Positions 60,693-64,000 of a DNA stretch of 64,000 nt are shown here, in pieces. Source of the DNA: Legionellaceae bacterium (GTDB lineage: Bacteria; Pseudomonadota; Gammaproteobacteria; Legionellales; Legionellaceae); assembly GCA_030157805.1 (NCBI GenBank), contig JAOAUB010000036.1, positions 2,108-66,107 on the forward strand, in the 5' to 3' direction. The notes beneath the pieces were generated by a model. That model worked only from the letters and a program-made list of their open reading frames with translations. It did not search any database and was not told the origin of the DNA. Within the stretch, counting starts at the first letter, position 1. Each line of letters begins with the position of its first letter. The translations under genes and the position numbers were made by a program.

Positions 60693-61040
60693 CTAACCAG
60701 GCGGCCATGTCATCTGACGGCCGCCCAGAAGATGTAAATGGATGTGGTAAACGTCCTGTCCACCACCGGGATTAACATTAAAAACCAAACGATAACCAAA
60801 ATCACAAAGTTGTTTCGTTTGGGCAATGTGTTTGGCGGTAAGAATCATACGGCCAAGTAATTGTTGATCATGATTTTCGATATCATTAATCGTTTTAATA
60901 TGTTGTTTGGGTAGTATTAGAAAATGAGAAGGTGCTTGTGGTTTGATGTCTTTAATTACAAGTAGCTCAGAATTATCAAAAATAATGGTTGCGGGTATTT
61001 TATTTTGAATAATTTGACAAAAAATACAAGTCTCTTCCAT
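60693..61040 (-). CDS. HIT-family (HinT-like) nucleotide phosphoramidase
   Basis: The N-terminus CIFCQI is present. The histidine triad is HIHLHLLGG. Confidence 0.85.
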   Translation of the reverse strand: MEETCIFCQIIQNKIPATIIFDNSELLVIKDIKPQAPSHFLILPKQHIKTINDIENHDQQLLGRMILTAKHIAQTKQLCDFGYRLVFNVNPGGGQDVYHIHLHLLGGRQMTWPPG

Positions 61041-61166
61041 AGTCAGTACTCAAGAGGTTTACAATAAAGTCACTCATTTTAGCTCATCTTGTTCGTTGTA
61101 ACCAAGTATATAAAATTTTGCCTTTTTATTTTAATTTGAGCATAATACAACGTTTTTTATTACTTA

Positions 61167-61709
61167 TTGATGGATTATAAAATGGGATTAATGCGGATTA
61201 ACAGTGGTCGTGATGTACCTAGTGAAATTAATGTTATTATTGAAATACCAATGCATGGCGAGCCAGTTAAATATGAGGTTGATAAAGATTCTGGTGCCTT
61301 ATTTGTTGATCGTTTTATGACGACGGCGATGTTTTATCCTACAAACTATGGGTATGTTCCGAATACATTATCTGAAGATGGTGATCCCGTCGATGTGTTG
61401 GTGGTTACTCCTGTGCCTTTAATCAGTGGTGCCGTGGTTCGTTGTCGTCCTTTGGGTATGCTAAAAATGACGGATGAGTCAGGGGTTGATGCTAAGATAC
61501 TGGCGGTACCGATTAGTAAGTTATCTAAGATGTATGATGCGCTCACGAGTTATGAAGATTTACCACGGCATTTGCTTTTGTCTTTGGAGCACTTTTTTCA
61601 GCATTACAAAGACTTAGAAGAAGGAAAATGGGTTAAGGTTGATGGTTGGTGTGGTGTTGAAGCGGCATGTGAAGAAATTTTGTCGAGTATCAAACGATTT
61701 TCTGAGTAA
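61167..61709 (+). CDS. ppa: Inorganic pyrophosphatase (family I)
   Basis: VIIEIP...[17 protein letters not shown]...[19 protein letters not shown] is colinear with E. coli PPase. The true start is probably one of the ATGs at 61170-61191. Confidence 0.9.
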   Translation: MMDYKMGLMRINSGRDVPSEINVIIEIPMHGEPVKYEVDKDSGALFVDRFMTTAMFYPTNYGYVPNTLSEDGDPVDVLVVTPVPLISGAVVRCRPLGMLKMTDESGVDAKILAVPISKLSKMYDALTSYEDLPRHLLLSLEHFFQHYKDLEEGKWVKVDGWCGVEAACEEILSSIKRFSE

Positions 61710-61741
61710 TCTTAGAATGATATCACTGGAAAAAAATTATA

Positions 61742-63139
61742 ATGACTATTAAAAAACATGCATTAACGGTTTTTAGTCTGACAATGATTACCGTAGGCTC
61801 CGTGGATAGTATTCGTAATCTACCTGCAACGGCATTGTTCGGGAGTCAATTAATTTTCTTTTTTACATTTGGTGCTTTATTTTTCTTAATTCCAGCCGCG
61901 TTGGTTTCTGCTGAGTTAGCTTCCGGATGGGCGAAACAAGGTGGAATTTATATTTGGGTTAAAGAAGCTTTTGGTAAGCAGTTTGGTTTCTTTGCTATTT
62001 GGTTGCAATGGATTGAAAATGTCATTTGGTATCCTACCATTTTATCGTTTGTTGCTGGAACCATTGGTTATTTGATTAATCCGGCTCTTGCCAACAACCC
62101 TTATTTTTTGTGGTGCGTGATTGTGGCGGCTTTTTGGGGGGCAACTTTTGTTAATTTAAGAGGGATGAGTTCGTCAGCATTATTTAGCAATGTTTGTACT
62201 ATCTTCGGTCTTTTATTTCCAATGACCTTAATTATTACGTTAGGGGCAATATGGATAGGGGATGCCAATCCAGTTCAGATCAAATTTGATGCTTACAGCA
62301 TGTTACCCCATGTTCAGGATCACTCGATATGGGTTTCACTGACGGCCATTATGTTGTCTTTTTGTGGTGTTGAAATTGCGACAGTGCATGCCAATGATAT
62401 TGCTAATCCGCAACATGCGTTTCCCAAGGCGCTTGTTTATTCCGTGATGATTATTTTAAGCACCTTAGTTTTTGGTTCGTTGGCTATTGCTGTTGTTTTG
62501 CCACAGAATGACATTAATTTAGTCGCAGGAATTATGCAGGCGTTTGATGCATTTTTTGGTCGATATCAGTTGAATTGGTTGATGCCTTTTGTTGCCATCA
62601 TGTTAGTCATGGGAGGTTTGGGTGGCGTTAGCAATTGGATTATTGCGCCAACGAAGGGACTTTTAGTCGCAGCCCTTGATGGTAATTTGCCGTCTGTTTT
62701 TCAGAAGGCTAATCAGCGTGGTGCGCCGGTCATGATGTTAGTTGGACAAGCGCTGGTTGTCACCTTGTTGTCAACGTTGTTTTTGTTTATGCCGAGCGTT
62801 AATGGATCCTATTGGCTGTTGACGGCTATGGCCGCCCAATTATACATGTTAATGTATTTGCTCATGTTTTTAGCGGCAATTAAATTACGTTTAAGTGCAC
62901 CTGAGGTGCCGCGAGTGTTTCGTATTCCTGGTGGATTTGCAGGTTTGTTGTTCGTAGCAATTGTAGGAATTATTGGGACCTTAGTGACACTTGTGGTGAG
63001 TTTTATGCCGCCCAATGGAATTGATGTTGGTAATATCATGCACTATGAGTTGACTCTAATTTTGGGTTTAGTTCTTTTATGCGCCCCGCCTTTTATTGGG
63101 AGTTTGTTGCAAAAAAAGAAAAAAAAGCCCGTCATGTAG
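61742..63139 (+). CDS. APC-superfamily amino acid permease, glutamate/GABA antiporter (GadC)-like
   Basis: A 12-TM protein colinear with E. coli GadC, for example FCGVEIATVHANDIANPQHAFPKAL versus [25 protein letters not shown], and RVFRIPGG. It lacks the long GadC C-terminal plug. Confidence 0.75.
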   Translation: MTIKKHALTVFSLTMITVGSVDSIRNLPATALFGSQLIFFFTFGALFFLIPAALVSAELASGWAKQGGIYIWVKEAFGKQFGFFAIWLQWIENVIWYPTILSFVAGTIGYLINPALANNPYFLWCVIVAAFWGATFVNLRGMSSSALFSNVCTIFGLLFPMTLIITLGAIWIGDANPVQIKFDAYSMLPHVQDHSIWVSLTAIMLSFCGVEIATVHANDIANPQHAFPKALVYSVMIILSTLVFGSLAIAVVLPQNDINLVAGIMQAFDAFFGRYQLNWLMPFVAIMLVMGGLGGVSNWIIAPTKGLLVAALDGNLPSVFQKANQRGAPVMMLVGQALVVTLLSTLFLFMPSVNGSYWLLTAMAAQLYMLMYLLMFLAAIKLRLSAPEVPRVFRIPGGFAGLLFVAIVGIIGTLVTLVVSFMPPNGIDVGNIMHYELTLILGLVLLCAPPFIGSLLQKKKKKPVM

Positions 63140-63904
63140 TTATGGCTTGAGTTCATAATTGTCAATTAAACGAATCGTTCCTAGGTAGACTGCTGCAAAG
63201 CGTCTGCCGTTATAGTCTTCAATGTAATCAACCTTGATGCCGAGACTTTCTAGTTTGGATTTAATTTCAAGACAACTGGCCCCACGGTGGAAAATTTGAG
63301 CAAACTGTTCTGCCTGTAGTCGTTCTGTGGGCGAAAGACGGGTATTGCGAGAACTGTAGGCAAGCCCTGAGGCTTCTCGAACGGTCGGGCATGGCTTGAT
63401 TTGAATATCAAGAAAAAAGTCCGTCACCATGTCGCGAATTAATAGATATTGTTGATAATCCTTTTCGCCAAAATAGGCTCTGTGTGGGCGCACAATATGG
63501 AGTAATTTTATTACGATAGTTAAAACGCCGCTAAAATGTCCTGGTCGATGCTGCCCTTCCAGGATCTGCGCGAGTTGATTTTCTTGAACTTGGTATCGAT
63601 AAGCGTGAGGATAGAGTGATTGTTCCGTGGGAACGAGGCAGTATTTGACCCCTTCTTCTTTTAATTGCTGTAAATCCTCTTCTAAAGTACGTGGGTACTG
63701 GATGTAATCCTCTGGATTGTTAAATTGAGTGGGGTTAATAAAAAGACTAACGATCGTTTCATTGTTTTCTTGCTGGCTTTTTTGGATCAACGATCGATGA
63801 CCTGCATGCAGATTTCCCATGGTAGGCACAAACCCAAGGGTGGTATTTTTATCAAATTTTGATCTTAAGATGCGCCAGTTATTCAGATCGTGGATGATTT
63901 GCAT
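63140..63904 (-). CDS. panC: Pantoate--beta-alanine ligase
   Basis: GFVPTMGNLHAGHRSL (HIGH-like motif) and FGEKDYQQ are present. The stop codon abuts the permease stop with 0-nt spacing. Confidence 0.9.
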   Translation of the reverse strand: MQIIHDLNNWRILRSKFDKNTTLGFVPTMGNLHAGHRSLIQKSQQENNETIVSLFINPTQFNNPEDYIQYPRTLEEDLQQLKEEGVKYCLVPTEQSLYPHAYRYQVQENQLAQILEGQHRPGHFSGVLTIVIKLLHIVRPHRAYFGEKDYQQYLLIRDMVTDFFLDIQIKPCPTVREASGLAYSSRNTRLSPTERLQAEQFAQIFHRGASCLEIKSKLESLGIKVDYIEDYNGRRFAAVYLGTIRLIDNYELKP

Positions 63905-63930
63905 GATCGTGTTGAGTCCTTTTTTGAGTT

Positions 63931-64000
63931 TTAAAATGAATAGTCGTGTGACGGAAATTCAAGTTCTTGCACTTGCGAGACATAAGTATTAATGGCGTTT
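63931..64000 (-). CDS. panB: 3-methyl-2-oxobutanoate hydroxymethyltransferase, 3' end only
   Basis: The minus strand translates as ...NAINTYVSQVQELEFPSHDYSF*. This resembles the PanB C-terminus ([21 protein letters not shown] in E. coli). panB-panC is the conserved gene order. The ORF is truncated by the window edge. Confidence 0.6.
   Translation of the reverse strand, partial: NAINTYVSQVQELEFPSHDYSF

Overview
The window is an AT-rich (by eye roughly 38-40% GC) gammaproteobacterial chromosome segment. Its operon architecture is E. coli-like, and its accessory genes suggest an intracellular Legionellales-type organism; that taxon is an inference, not a database result. Most of the window is core housekeeping. 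It holds msbA-lpxK, oxyR, proS, two tandem ExoIII-family nucleases, rpmE, a malic enzyme, dam, kup and serS. It also holds the envelope cluster uppS-cdsA-rseP-bamA-skp-fabZ-lpxA (no lpxD or lpxB), gpmI-envC-ctpA, and an aa3-type oxidase cluster (tetraheme cytochrome c, coxB, coxA, ctaG, coxC). The complete metY(tRNA-fMet)-rimP-nusA-infB-rbfA-truB-rpsO-pnp superoperon is present, followed by folE, a HIT protein, ppa, a GadC-like permease, panC and the 3' end of panB. I see no CRISPR array, rRNA, prophage or recognisable multi-gene defence system. Six items are the least ordinary. (1) A roughly 1250-aa glutamine-rich coiled-coil protein (3862-7614) has a single C-terminal TM helix and an acidic/Ser-rich C-terminus, making it a candidate Dot/Icm-type SNARE-mimic effector. 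It follows an AttH/CrtC-like lipoprotein that is start/stop-coupled to lpxK. (2) A GT-C (GT87/DUF2029-like) membrane glycosyltransferase lies antisense between truB and rpsO. (3) A signal-peptide-bearing ADGF/ADA2-type adenosine deaminase overlaps the end of ctpA. (4) A 332-bp internally deleted IS remnant with 17-bp terminal inverted repeats and a transposase C-terminal fragment lies next to dam. (5) Three paralogous MFS (Pht-like) transporters and two tandem HAAAP tyrosine-type permeases are present. (6) A lone MMPL transporter is flanked by unusually long non-coding regions. All functional calls rest on motifs read directly from the supplied translations. No database search was run.
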